The notes under the pieces: model-generated | Database searches by the model: none | Told to the model about the DNA's origin: nothing | Seen by the model: the letters and a program-made list of their open reading frames with translations, nothing else | IMG/VR virus record: IMGVR_UViG_3300032237_001118 | Span: 1-58,394 of that record | Origin: a virus | Taxonomy: Duplodnaviria > Caudoviricetes | DNA: 58,394 bases | Strand: one strand, 5' to 3' | Shown here: in pieces, positions 1-10,032 of the stretch | Layout of the letters: every line of letters starts with the position of its first letter | Numbering within the stretch: position 1 is the first letter of the stretch | Program-made: the position numbers and the translations under genes

Positions 1-3000
1 GCAGGTACAGGTACTTGTTCGGTTATTAGATGTGGTGTTGGAAACACAGCTGGTGGAAATTGTTCGGCATCTTTAGCAGGAAGTTGTAACACAGCCTGTG
101 GAAATGATTCAATTGTCGGTGGCGGTAGTAGTAATATAGCTAGTGGAGGTTATTCATTTATAGGTGGAGGAAACACTAATATATCTTGTAATAATGCTAC
201 TGTGGTCGCAGGTGGTGACCACAATACAGCGAGCGGTACTTATTCAACCATTACTGGTGGTAAACGTAATACATCAAGTGGATATTATTCAACTGTAAGT
301 GGTGGATATTGTAACACAGCTAGTTGTGACAAATCAACAATAAGCGGAGGAGATTCTAACATATCTAGTGGTGTTTATTCATTTGTTGGTGGTGGTTATA
401 ATAACATATCTTGTGGATATGCTTCAACTGTTGGTGGTGGTAGAGGAAACTGTGCAACTGCAAACCGTACATCACTATTAGGAGGTCGTTCTAACACAGC
501 CAGCGGATATTATTCAACAATAGTTGGAGGTGGTCAAAACACAGCTAGTGGAAGTTATACTTTTGTTGGTGGTGGTAAATATAATACAGCTTGTGGAAAC
601 TGTTCATCTGTTATTGGTGGATACTGTAATACGGTTAGTGGCTGTGGTTCATTTATTGGTGGTGGAACTAATAATAATACTTATGCAAGAACAACTTTTA
701 TAGGAGCAGGAGATTTTAACAAAGTTTGTTGTATTGGTAGTTCGGTTGTTGGTGGTATTAATCATACAGTTTCAGGTCTCTATGCTTCTATTATAGGTGG
801 TCAAAGACATTGTGCAAGTGGTGATAGGTCATTTATAGGTGGTGGTTATCAAAACACTGCTTGTGGAGGTGGAGCAACCATAGTTAATGGTTATAATAGC
901 ACAGCTAGTTCGTATTATTCATTTATAGGTGCTGGTTCTACACAAAGAGCCATAGGAATGTACACATTCATAGGAAGTGGTGTTTGCAATGCTGCTTGTG
1001 GGAATTATTCAGCTGTACTAGGTGGATGTGGTAATACAGCTAGTGGTAGTTATTCTGGAGTATTTGGATATGGGTTAACAAACTCTGTGGCATGTTCATT
1101 CATGTCTAATAGATTGATAGCAGCTAACTTAACATGTAATTCAGCCGTTTGTGCCGATTCTAACGGTATGTTAGTTTCTTATACGGCAACAACAACACCT
1201 TTAATATACTCAGGAGGTACAGGTACTTGTTCGGTTGTTAGATGTGGTGTAAGTAATACTGCAGCAGGAAACTGTGCAGCTTCTTTAGCTGGTAGTGGAA
1301 ATACTGCAACAGGAGCATATTCATTCGTAGGTGGTGGTTTAAGTAATACTGTAACAGGAAGTACATCATCTGTAGTTGGTGGTGTATGTAATACAGTCAG
1401 TTCAGGTTATGGAGGTTCATTCATAGGAGGTGGTTGTTGTAATACAGCTTGTGGAAATTGTAGTTCAACTATAGCTGGTGGTACTTGTAACACAGTTGGT
1501 GGATGTTATTCATTTATCGGTGGTGGTTGTTATAATCGAGCTAATAATAATGGTTCAACAATTGGTGGTGGATTTTCTAACTTAAATTGTGCGACTTATG
1601 GAACTATTGGAGGTGGTTTTGGTAATACATCTATACCTAACTCACCTTATTCAACTATAGGGGGTGGTGACCTAAATAATGCTTGTAGCTGGTATGTAAC
1701 TGTAGCTGGAGGTATTGGTAATACTGCTAGTGGTTATGGTGCAACTGTAGGTGGTGGTGGAAGAAGTACAGTTTCAGGAAAATATGCAGTTGTGAGTGGT
1801 GGTGGTTATAATACAGCTTGTGGAAATTGTTCAACAATTAGTGGTGGATATTGTAATACAACTAATGGAACTGCCTCAACAATTAGTGGTGGATATTGTA
1901 ATATAGTTTGTAGAGGTGCTTTCATAGGTGGTGGCTGTTTTAATACTGCTTGTGGTAGAAGTTCTTCAGTAATCGGTGGAGAATATAATATTGTTTCTTG
2001 TAATTATTCATCAGTACTTGGTGGATGTTGTAATACTGTAAGTGCCAATTATTCAGGAGTATTCGGATGTGGATTAACAAACTCTGTGGCATGTTCGTTT
2101 AAATCAAATAGATTAATAGCAGCTAACTTAACATGTAATTCAGCCGTTTGTGCGGATTCTAACGGTATGTTAGTTTCTTATACGGCAACTTCAACACCTT
2201 TAATATACTCGGCAGGTACAGGTACTTGTTCGGTTATTAGATGTGGTGTTGGAAATATTGCTTCAGGAAACTGTTCAGCATCTTTAGCGGGTAGTGGAAA
2301 CACCGCAAGTGGAGTATTTTCATTTGTAGGTGGTGGTTTAAATAATACTGTAACAGGAAGTACATCATCAATAGATGGTGGAGCTTGTAATATATCTTAT
2401 GGAACTTACTCATTCATTGGTAATGGTAGTGGTAACACAATATCAACAGGTTCAAACTGTTCAGTAATTGCTGGAGGTATTAATAATATAACTTGTGGAA
2501 ACAATGCATCAATTGTTGGTGGTTCAGGTAATACAATTAGTGGGTCTTATTCATTAATTGGTGGTGGTAGTTGTAACACAATAACAGGAAATACTGCAAC
2601 AATTGGTGGTGGTAATTGTAATAGAGCTTTTGGTGGTAGTTCATTTATCGGAGGTGGTGGTTCTAACACATCTATTGGTGGTAGTTCATTTATCGGAGGA
2701 GGTGCTCTAAACACTGCATGTGGAGGTTGGTCAACTATTGGAGGTGGTATATGCAATTCCACAACAGGATGTAATTTTAGTGTGGTAGTAGGTGGATGTT
2801 TGAATGTTTCTTGTGGAACTGCTTCATTTGTTGGTGGTGGAATAAAGAATTGTGCTATTGGAGATAATTCATTTATAGGTGGAGGAGGAACTCTTGCACA
2901 ACCTAATATAGCATGTGGTGTTGCTTCTATTGTGGTTGGTGGGGTAACGAATAAGGCTTGTGGAGCTTGTTCATTTGTTGGTGGAGGACTTTGCCATACA

Positions 3001-4470
3001 ACAATTGGAGCTCTTTCTAGCGTTGTTGGAGGTTGTAAGAATTTAGTTTGTGGATGTAATTCTAACATTTTAGGTGGATTTTGTAACACCGCTTGTGGAG
3101 ATTGTAATACTATTTTAGGTGGATGTGGTAACGTTACTAGTGGTTCTTTCTCTGGTGCATTTGGATGTAACATAACAGCTTCCGCGGCTTGTACATTCTA
3201 TTCAAATAACTTATGTGCTACAGGTATTTCAAGTGCAGGTACTTGTGTTACTTCTCCTACGATTTGTGGTACAAGTTATGTGTGTACGTCTTCTCTTATA
3301 ACAACAAGTGCCAATATAGCTGGTTTAACATGTGGTTGTGCTGTTTGTGTTGGCGCATCTGGTTTATTGACAGCTTATACAGCTGCTGGTGGAGGTATTA
3401 TTATTGCTGGTAGCGGTAGTGGTTCAACACTAAGATGTGGTATTAACTCTACTGCTGGAGGTATTAATTCTGTTGTGACAGGCGGTTATACAAATACAGC
3501 TTCTGCAAGTTATTCATTTATTGGAGCTGGTAAATTTAATGTAGCTTGTGGAAATACTTCTTCAATATCAGGTGGGTATGGAAATTTAACTTGTTCTACA
3601 GCTTTTTATAGCTTTATTGGTAATGGACAATGTAACTGTGGAGCTGGAGGTTATGCAGCAATTGTTAGTGGTAAATACAACTCGGCTAGTAGTTATGGAT
3701 TTGTAGGTGGTGGATATTGTAATACAGCTAATGGAACTGCCTCAACAATTAGTGGTGGATATTGTAACACTGCTAGTTCTTTTTATTCAACAGTTGCAGG
3801 TGGTATATGCAACTTAGCTTGTGGTTCAAATAACTTTGTAGGTGGAGGTAAATGTAATAGAACATTTATTGGAGCTAATTCAACAATCAGTGGGGGTTAT
3901 TCTAATTGTATAAGAGGTTCAAATGCAACAATAGGTGGTGGTTTATGTAATACTGCTTGTGGTAATTATTCATTTATTGGAGGAGGTGCTTGTAATATTA
4001 CAAGTGGTGCTTATTCTGGAGCATTTGGTTGTGAATTAACAGCTAGTGCGGCTTGTACTTTCTATGTAAACAACATGTGTGTTTGTGGTAACTTAAGTAA
4101 GGCATCTGGTTCGTTCAAGATTCCTCACCCTGACCCAGTAAAAGCAGAAGCTGGTAAGTTCTTGAAACATTCATTCGTAGAATCACCTACTGCTGGAGAT
4201 AACATTTACAGATTTAATGTAACAACTTTAAATTGTAGTGCTTCTATTGAATTACCTAATTACTATAGTTTGTTAAACAGTAATGACCAAGTATATGTAA
4301 ACGCCAAAAAACACTTAGGTTATGGATTTGGTGTTATAAACGAAGAACAAACTCGTATTGATATTACTACTAATAGTGATGGAGAATATAATGTTCTTTT
4401 AATTGGAACTAGAAAAGATAAATTAGCTTTAGATACTTGGAATGGTACAGAAGTTAATGATGTAGAATAA
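1..4470 (+). CDS. Giant Gly/Cys-rich repeat protein, putative tail fibre/adhesin with C-terminal chaperone-like domain (5' truncated by window)
   Basis: Frame open from base 1 (AGTGTCSVIRCG...). Dozens of ~14-15 aa S-[FT]-[IV]-GGG-x-x-N-T-A repeats. C-terminus GSFKIPHPDP...KHSFVESP resembles phage fibre C-terminal intramolecular chaperone regions. Confidence 0.75.
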   Translation, partial: AGTGTCSVIRCGVGNTAGGNCSASLAGSCNTACGNDSIVGGGSSNIASGGYSFIGGGNTNISCNNATVVAGGDHNTASGTYSTITGGKRNTSSGYYSTVSGGYCNTASCDKSTISGGDSNISSGVYSFVGGGYNNISCGYASTVGGGRGNCATANRTSLLGGRSNTASGYYSTIVGGGQNTASGSYTFVGGGKYNTACGNCSSVIGGYCNTVSGCGSFIGGGTNNNTYARTTFIGAGDFNKVCCIGSSVVGGINHTVSGLYASIIGGQRHCASGDRSFIGGGYQNTACGGGATIVNGYNSTASSYYSFIGAGSTQRAIGMYTFIGSGVCNAACGNYSAVLGGCGNTASGSYSGVFGYGLTNSVACSFMSNRLIAANLTCNSAVCADSNGMLVSYTATTTPLIYSGGTGTCSVVRCGVSNTAAGNCAASLAGSGNTATGAYSFVGGGLSNTVTGSTSSVVGGVCNTVSSGYGGSFIGGGCCNTACGNCSSTIAGGTCNTVGGCYSFIGGGCYNRANNNGSTIGGGFSNLNCATYGTIGGGFGNTSIPNSPYSTIGGGDLNNACSWYVTVAGGIGNTASGYGATVGGGGRSTVSGKYAVVSGGGYNTACGNCSTISGGYCNTTNGTASTISGGYCNIVCRGAFIGGGCFNTACGRSSSVIGGEYNIVSCNYSSVLGGCCNTVSANYSGVFGCGLTNSVACSFKSNRLIAANLTCNSAVCADSNGMLVSYTATSTPLIYSAGTGTCSVIRCGVGNIASGNCSASLAGSGNTASGVFSFVGGGLNNTVTGSTSSIDGGACNISYGTYSFIGNGSGNTISTGSNCSVIAGGINNITCGNNASIVGGSGNTISGSYSLIGGGSCNTITGNTATIGGGNCNRAFGGSSFIGGGGSNTSIGGSSFIGGGALNTACGGWSTIGGGICNSTTGCNFSVVVGGCLNVSCGTASFVGGGIKNCAIGDNSFIGGGGTLAQPNIACGVASIVVGGVTNKACGACSFVGGGLCHTTIGALSSVVGGCKNLVCGCNSNILGGFCNTACGDCNTILGGCGNVTSGSFSGAFGCNITASAACTFYSNNLCATGISSAGTCVTSPTICGTSYVCTSSLITTSANIAGLTCGCAVCVGASGLLTAYTAAGGGIIIAGSGSGSTLRCGINSTAGGINSVVTGGYTNTASASYSFIGAGKFNVACGNTSSISGGYGNLTCSTAFYSFIGNGQCNCGAGGYAAIVSGKYNSASSYGFVGGGYCNTANGTASTISGGYCNTASSFYSTVAGGICNLACGSNNFVGGGKCNRTFIGANSTISGGYSNCIRGSNATIGGGLCNTACGNYSFIGGGACNITSGAYSGAFGCELTASAACTFYVNNMCVCGNLSKASGSFKIPHPDPVKAEAGKFLKHSFVESPTAGDNIYRFNVTTLNCSASIELPNYYSLLNSNDQVYVNAKKHLGYGFGVINEEQTRIDITTNSDGEYNVLLIGTRKDKLALDTWNGTEVNDVE
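1075..2255 (+). repeat. Near-identical ~180-bp connector repeats inside the fibre gene (1075-1250, 2074-2255; partial copy at 1-44)
   Basis: LTNSVACSFxSNRLIAANLTCNSAVCADSNGMLVSYTATxTPLIYS is encoded twice, 999 nt apart. Bases 1-44 are identical to 2212-2255. Confidence 0.95.
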
Positions 4471-4545
4471 AAATATTCTTATTATTCTTTAAATAAATTA
4501 ATAAATGATGTATATTTATATACAATAAAACAAAACAAAAAAACT

Positions 4546-4923
4546 ATGTTAATAGCAAAAATCAATCCCGCAGCAACATTCACTTCACAAAGTGGACCAT
4601 TTGTTCAAACTCAAACAACAACAGCAGATTATTTAACTGCATTAGCTCGTCCTTACCTTGTAGGCGCAGCAAAAACAAATTTTGAAGTATTATTCGGTAC
4701 TTACACTGCAGCAGTTGCTGGAGTAGAAGCTTCCGAAGGTGTTGAAGCCGTTGAAGCTCAACCTGCAAAGTTTAATCATGTTCAATCATCTCAAGTAACA
4801 TTGACTTCAGAAGAATTAGCTTCTTGGGGAACTGATGATTCAGTACTATTAACTGCAATTGCTTCTAAATTAGGAACATCTATATTATCAACAACAACAA
4901 TTGATTCTTCAAGATTATTCTAA
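4546..4923 (+). CDS. Hypothetical protein, possible fibre assembly/accessory protein
   Basis: 125-aa ORF directly after the fibre gene, preceded by TATTTAT motif. Confidence 0.6.
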   Translation: MLIAKINPAATFTSQSGPFVQTQTTTADYLTALARPYLVGAAKTNFEVLFGTYTAAVAGVEASEGVEAVEAQPAKFNHVQSSQVTLTSEELASWGTDDSVLLTAIASKLGTSILSTTTIDSSRLF

Positions 4924-4960
4924 TTATAAACTTGATTATTCTAATTATAAACTTGATTAT
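4913..4960 (+). repeat. 21-bp tandem duplication GATTATTCTAATTATAAACTT x2 plus partial copy
   Basis: Copies at 4913-4933 and 4934-4954, partial 4955-4960. Confidence 0.95.
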
Positions 4961-4982
4961 GTAACAAAGAATTTTATCTTTG
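4953..4982 (+). promoter_or_regulatory. Bacteroidota sigma-A type promoter (TTG...TATCTTTG)
   Basis: TATCTTTG at 4975-4982 matches the TAnnTTTG -7 consensus, with TTG 19 nt upstream. Confidence 0.6.
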
Positions 4983-5000
4983 TTACATAATCAAACTTAT

Positions 5001-5873
5001 ATGAATATTATTTTCCAAATTAGTGGAGGTATTGGTAAATGTGTTATTGCGACAGCAGTTTGTGAGGCAATTAAAAAACAATACCCAGAATCAAAATTAA
5101 TCGTTGTGTCAGGATACGCTGACGTATTTTTAAATAACCCAAATGTTTACAGGACTCTTAACTTTGGGTCGTTAAGTTATTTCTACGAAGAGTACATTGA
5201 AGATAAAGAGGTGAAATTATTTGCTCACGACCCATATCTTACCTCAGAACATATTCAATACAAAGAACACATCATAGAAACTTGGTGTAGATTGTTCGGG
5301 ATTGAATATAATGGTGAATTACCAAAAATTTATTTAACAGATAGAGAAAAAAAATTCTTCTCAAACAAATTTGTTACGAACAAACCAATATTTCTTATTC
5401 AAGCAAATGGTGGAGGAGAAAATGGATTACCCTATTCTTGGGCAAGAGACATTCCATTCAAGTTAGCACAAAATATTATTAACGAACACAAAGACGAATA
5501 TAATGTTGTTCACATAAAAAGAGATGACCAAATATCTTATGAGAACACATTCCCTGTTTCAGATTCTTTCAGAGCATTGGCCGTGTTAATTGAACTAAGC
5601 GAAAAAAGACTTTTTATGGATAGTTTTGCACAACATACTGCAGCGGCGATGAACAAACCTTCAACTGTTTTATGGATTGCTAACAAACCAAACGTATTTG
5701 GATATGATATTCATACCAACATTCAATCAAACCCATTCACAGTTAAACCTGAATTAAGAAATTCATTCTTATCTAAATTTAACATTGGAGGAGATTTATT
5801 GGAATTCCCTTATAATAATGAAGATGAAATCTTTAATTATGATGAAATAATAAACGCAATCAAAAACAAATAA
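5001..5873 (+). CDS. Glycosyltransferase, GT9/heptosyltransferase-like
   Basis: N-terminal GGIGKCVIATAVCEAIKKQYPE and C-terminal MDSFAQHTAAAMNKPSTVLW motifs typical of GT9-like enzymes. Confidence 0.75.
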   Translation: MNIIFQISGGIGKCVIATAVCEAIKKQYPESKLIVVSGYADVFLNNPNVYRTLNFGSLSYFYEEYIEDKEVKLFAHDPYLTSEHIQYKEHIIETWCRLFGIEYNGELPKIYLTDREKKFFSNKFVTNKPIFLIQANGGGENGLPYSWARDIPFKLAQNIINEHKDEYNVVHIKRDDQISYENTFPVSDSFRALAVLIELSEKRLFMDSFAQHTAAAMNKPSTVLWIANKPNVFGYDIHTNIQSNPFTVKPELRNSFLSKFNIGGDLLEFPYNNEDEIFNYDEIINAIKNK

Positions 5874-6694
5874 TGGAGAAAATATTTTATCAAAGCTCAC
5901 TTCCACGTTCGGGCTCAACTCTTTTACAAAATATCTTGGCTCAAAACCCTGATATATATGCAACGCCAACATCAGGTGTTTTAGAATTAATATTCGCAGC
6001 AAGAGCGAATTACACAACAAGTCCTGAGTTTATTGCTCAAGATGCAGAACTTATGAAAACAGGGTATCAAGCATTCTGTAAAGAAGGTATGGATGCTTTT
6101 TACAATGCAATCACCGATAAAAAATATGTTGTAGATAAAAGTAGAGGATGGGGAATCCATTATGATTTTTTAAAATTTGTTCGTAATGAAGAGCCTAAAA
6201 TTATTTGCATGGTTAGAGATTTACGTGATATATTTGCCTCAATGGAAAATAACTTTAGAAAACACCCTGAAAGACAATCTGATATATTAGATTGGTCTAA
6301 AGGACAAGGTACTACAGTTCCAAAAAGAATAGACATATGGGCACAACAACCTCCTGTAGGATTAGCAATTGAAAGATTAAGTGAAATTTTTAGAACAGGA
6401 ATTAACTCTAAAATGCATTTTGTTAGATTTGAAGACTTATGTTTGTATCCAGATACAACAATGAATCAAATTTATGAATATTTAGAATTACCTAACTTTC
6501 AACACGATTTCGATAATATTGAACAGGTAACCAAAGAAGATGATGAAGTGTACGGTATGTATGGTGACCATAATATTCGTAAAAAACTTGAACCTGTTAA
6601 AAGCAGAGCAAAAGAATTATTAGGAAAAGACGTGACTAATTGGATTTACACGAATTATGAATGGTTTTTCAAACAATTTAGATATACAAAATAA
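5873..6694 (+). CDS. Sulfotransferase family protein
   Basis: PAPS-binding SLPRSGSTLL, VDKSRGW, MVRDLRDIFAS and VRFEDL motifs. Confidence 0.88.
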   Translation: MEKIFYQSSLPRSGSTLLQNILAQNPDIYATPTSGVLELIFAARANYTTSPEFIAQDAELMKTGYQAFCKEGMDAFYNAITDKKYVVDKSRGWGIHYDFLKFVRNEEPKIICMVRDLRDIFASMENNFRKHPERQSDILDWSKGQGTTVPKRIDIWAQQPPVGLAIERLSEIFRTGINSKMHFVRFEDLCLYPDTTMNQIYEYLELPNFQHDFDNIEQVTKEDDEVYGMYGDHNIRKKLEPVKSRAKELLGKDVTNWIYTNYEWFFKQFRYTK

Positions 6695-6700
6695 TAAAAT

Positions 6701-7243
6701 ATGGAATACATTTATTACAAAGACAATCAAGTTACAGACGATGTACAACCGATTAAACTTTTGCAAGTTTATGATAATCATACTTTAGAAATTGATGATA
6801 AAATTTTGGAATTTTGGAAGAAAGAAAATGCTCTTCCAAGTACGGATTTTCAATACTTAAACCAAAGATTATCCGAAGTTTTATTTATAGTTTTGAATGA
6901 AGAGAATGAAATTGTTGGTGTGTCATCAGGAACACCAGTTTATTTTGAACAAATAAGAAATCATTTTTTATATTTCAGATTATTTGTAAGAGAAGATTAT
7001 CGTGGAAATAATAGAGGTGTTGCAATGGCGATGTATTATGCAACATTTGATTTGTTTAACCAATTAAAAAAATTATTCAATCAAGAAATTATAGGCATAT
7101 TAATAGTTTATGAGAGTGAACATTTAAATAAAGTAATTAATTATTACCATTCTGAAAAATATAGAAACCAAGTATTTGTTGGATGGACAGCTAATAATGA
7201 GCAAATAAGAATCACTTATTTTGAAGGTTTAAAAATGTTCTAA
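6701..7243 (+). CDS. GNAT-like (acyltransferase-fold) hypothetical protein
   Basis: EIVGVS and LFVREDYRG resemble GNAT beta-strand and motif A. Confidence 0.45.
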   Translation: MEYIYYKDNQVTDDVQPIKLLQVYDNHTLEIDDKILEFWKKENALPSTDFQYLNQRLSEVLFIVLNEENEIVGVSSGTPVYFEQIRNHFLYFRLFVREDYRGNNRGVAMAMYYATFDLFNQLKKLFNQEIIGILIVYESEHLNKVINYYHSEKYRNQVFVGWTANNEQIRITYFEGLKMF

Positions 7244-7244
7244 T

Positions 7245-7952
7245 ATGGAGTTTTTCTTTTCAACTTTTTTAAATTTAATTTTATTTTATATAATGGCGAC
7301 AGGGTTTGCATTTACTTTCTTGACGATTAATAATGGATTAAAAACTGTACAAAAAAGAACCCCTCTATATAAAGACTATATTAGAGAAATTAAACATTCA
7401 ATTATTAGTTTATTTATATTCACAGTGATAGCCACTGTTTTATATAAGACTAAATTACTGGAATATACAACTTTGTATTATAATATTGAAGAACATGGAT
7501 GGGGATACTACTTTATGGTTATCCCCATTATGTTTCTAATATATGATTTTTATTTTTATATATCTCATTTAACCATGCATCACAAAAGAATATTCAATTT
7601 GGTACATGTGACACATCATAAATCTAAATATGTTTCTCCGCTTTCAGCATTATCTATGCACCCCATAGAAGCAATTGTTAATCACGGGGCTTTACTTTTA
7701 TTATTCTTTTTACTTCCAATACATACATCACATGTTTATATTTGGGTGTCTGTTACGATAGTATATACAACATATCTTCATTTAGGTGTCGAGATATACT
7801 CACAAAAGTTCTTGAATACGAAGTTTGGAAGGTTATTGTATACCGCAACTGAACATGCTAAGCATCATTCATTATTTAAGGGTAATTATGGTTTTTACAC
7901 TTTAATTTGGGATAGATTATTTAAAACAGTAAATAATGAAAACAAAATTTAA
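7245..7952 (+). CDS. Sterol desaturase / fatty acid hydroxylase superfamily membrane enzyme
   Basis: Hydrophobic segments plus His boxes HLTMHH, HVTHH, HAKHH; HPIE and NYG-F-WDRLFKT tail. Confidence 0.88.
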   Translation: MEFFFSTFLNLILFYIMATGFAFTFLTINNGLKTVQKRTPLYKDYIREIKHSIISLFIFTVIATVLYKTKLLEYTTLYYNIEEHGWGYYFMVIPIMFLIYDFYFYISHLTMHHKRIFNLVHVTHHKSKYVSPLSALSMHPIEAIVNHGALLLLFFLLPIHTSHVYIWVSVTIVYTTYLHLGVEIYSQKFLNTKFGRLLYTATEHAKHHSLFKGNYGFYTLIWDRLFKTVNNENKI

Positions 7953-8733
7953 TATAGGGTTATATCAAGTTGACAAGAAGGATTTTACAAATGCATTTTA
8001 TGTTAATAAATTAACATTTGCATTATTTCCTAACGATAATGCCGTTACAAGTTCAATCATACAAGGATGGCAATATGAGAAGTATATGTTTGATTTTCTT
8101 GAACAAAATCAAATAGATTGTAGTGGAAAAGATATTATAGATATTGGTGCAAATAATGGAAACTTTGCCGTAGATTTTTCTCATTTGGTTGGAGATAGTG
8201 GAAAAGTTCATAGTTTTGAACCTCAAAGAATTATATACTACCAGTTATGTACTAATGTATTCTTAAACGGATTGGATAATGTTTATTGTCATAATGTTGC
8301 AATTGGGGATGGATTTGATGGGTATGTTCACATAGAGTCTCCTGACTATCACGATAAAGGAAATGTTAATTTTGGTGACGTAAGAGTTGGAAAAAGTGGA
8401 GACATGATTCAACAAAGAGCGTTAGATAGTTATGATTTTAACGATGTTGTCTTTATTAAAATAGACGTTCAAGGATATGAGTCATATGTATTCGATGGTG
8501 CTGAAGAGACTATTAAAAAACACAGACCTTATTTATTTGTAGAATTTGAAGACCATTTATTAAAAGAACAAGGTTCATCGGAAAATGAATTAAAAGCCAA
8601 AATAGAGTCATTAGGATACGTAGTAAAACAATTTCAAGAAGGTATCCCATATCAAACCGAATCAGGTAAATGTTTGGATTGTGTGTGTATTCCTAAAGAA
8701 AAAATTGAAGAATTTGTTCATAAAATACCTTAA
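7936..8733 (+). CDS. FkbM family SAM-dependent methyltransferase
   Basis: IDIGANNG, SFEPQ and FIKIDVQGYE motifs. Confidence 0.9.
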   Translation: MKTKFNIGLYQVDKKDFTNAFYVNKLTFALFPNDNAVTSSIIQGWQYEKYMFDFLEQNQIDCSGKDIIDIGANNGNFAVDFSHLVGDSGKVHSFEPQRIIYYQLCTNVFLNGLDNVYCHNVAIGDGFDGYVHIESPDYHDKGNVNFGDVRVGKSGDMIQQRALDSYDFNDVVFIKIDVQGYESYVFDGAEETIKKHRPYLFVEFEDHLLKEQGSSENELKAKIESLGYVVKQFQEGIPYQTESGKCLDCVCIPKEKIEEFVHKIP

Positions 8734-8740
8734 AATATTA

Positions 8741-8769
8741 AATCCCATCCCTTAAAGATGGGATTTTTT
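8741..8769 (+). terminator. Intrinsic terminator
   Basis: AATCCCATC/GATGGGATT stem followed by a T run. Confidence 0.8.
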
Positions 8770-8797
8770 ATTATCTTTGTTTGAAGTATTTATAATC

Positions 8798-9094
8798 ATG
8801 GACCAAGACCAAGTTGAGAATTCACTTAATAAGTTATTACCAAATATTCTTCCTGAGTATGTGACTGATATTGCATTTGATGTTCGTCATACAGCACCTA
8901 ATCAGTTTACATTATATGTTTTATTTGCGGTTAACGATGAATATTGGGATAGTTTAGACCATATAAATAGAGCTGCCTTTCTTCACGATACAAAAATAAA
9001 ACTTAAACAAAAAATCAAAAGTTACACTGATGTAAATGTTGTTTTCGATAAAGATAATACAAGGATGATAAAACAAAGTGATTGGGTTGGATAA
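8798..9094 (+). CDS. Hypothetical protein
   Basis: ATG at 8798 directly after GTATTTATAATC. Confidence 0.65.
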   Translation: MDQDQVENSLNKLLPNILPEYVTDIAFDVRHTAPNQFTLYVLFAVNDEYWDSLDHINRAAFLHDTKIKLKQKIKSYTDVNVVFDKDNTRMIKQSDWVG

Positions 9095-9113
9095 TATAAA
9101 GTATTTATAAAAG

Positions 9114-9971
9114 ATGAAAAAAACAATAACTCTTACGGAATCTGAACTTGTTAAGGTAGTTAACAGAATTGTTGAATCATACAGTGACGAAATGTATGAT
9201 GATGAGGATTATGTTGAGGTATTCTTACATTATTTCAGGCCGTGGGTTAAAAAAAATCATGGTGATGAAATTGGAGAATATCCGTTATCATATTTAGTTA
9301 AAAAATACATTGCAGAATTTGCTGAGGATAATGGAATGTATCCTGACCAAGTTATATATGGTTATAGAAATAATCTTACCAATGCGTCAAACGTTGGAAA
9401 AAGACTTGTGAGAATGGGTAAACATAAAATGCCATCACTTCGTTCTCAGGATAAATTTACAGACAGATATAAAAATCCATTAGAATTTTTTATTAGACAA
9501 TTGGAGTTACCTGATTTTATAAAAATTATTTTTATTGAAACTACTCCATATAATGTTAATGTTGAATTTCAAGTTGACTGGGAAAGATTGATAAAATATC
9601 AAGGAACTGAAAAATTTAATACTGAAAAAATTAAAAAAGAAATACAAGAAAAGATTAAGAGTTTTTTAGGTATTGAACTTGGAAACCCTACTCATGGACA
9701 GCTTAAGTTAGATTTTGGTAGAGCTATATATGTTGGTGTTGATGAATGGGTTAAAAAAACTTTGAATAAAGAAATTAAGAAAAAAATTAAAGAATTACCA
9801 AATGCAAGAATATTACATGCAATTAAATTTGAAACCAACAACCCGAGTTTGGGAGGAGACCTTAAATTTTCATTCAAAAGTTGGAACGGTAGAAATGATT
9901 TTATGAAAAATTCCAGAGAGTTACTACAGAGTTTGGGATATAATACTAACATTCTAAAAGTTTACTCATAA
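9114..9971 (+). CDS. Hypothetical protein with MKKTITLTESEL leader
   Basis: 285-aa ORF, shared N-terminal motif, TATTTAT upstream. Confidence 0.8.
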   Translation: MKKTITLTESELVKVVNRIVESYSDEMYDDEDYVEVFLHYFRPWVKKNHGDEIGEYPLSYLVKKYIAEFAEDNGMYPDQVIYGYRNNLTNASNVGKRLVRMGKHKMPSLRSQDKFTDRYKNPLEFFIRQLELPDFIKIIFIETTPYNVNVEFQVDWERLIKYQGTEKFNTEKIKKEIQEKIKSFLGIELGNPTHGQLKLDFGRAIYVGVDEWVKKTLNKEIKKKIKELPNARILHAIKFETNNPSLGGDLKFSFKSWNGRNDFMKNSRELLQSLGYNTNILKVYS

Positions 9972-9988
9972 CATTTATAAAGAATACT

Positions 9989-10014
9989 AACCCCCACTTG
10001 ATTGGGGGTTTTTT
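9989..10014 (+). terminator. Intrinsic terminator
   Basis: AACCCCCA/TGGGGGTT stem followed by a T run. Confidence 0.8.
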
Positions 10015-10032
10015 ATTTTGTATTTTTATGGT

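Noticed and set aside
2547-3173. Antisense and alternate-frame ORFs in the track (e.g. 2547-3173, 19993-20301, 40521-41244, 55673-56017, 26434-26625, 27448-27645)
   Set aside because: Shadows of biased or repetitive coding sequence, or of RNA elements; no independent motifs or start signals.
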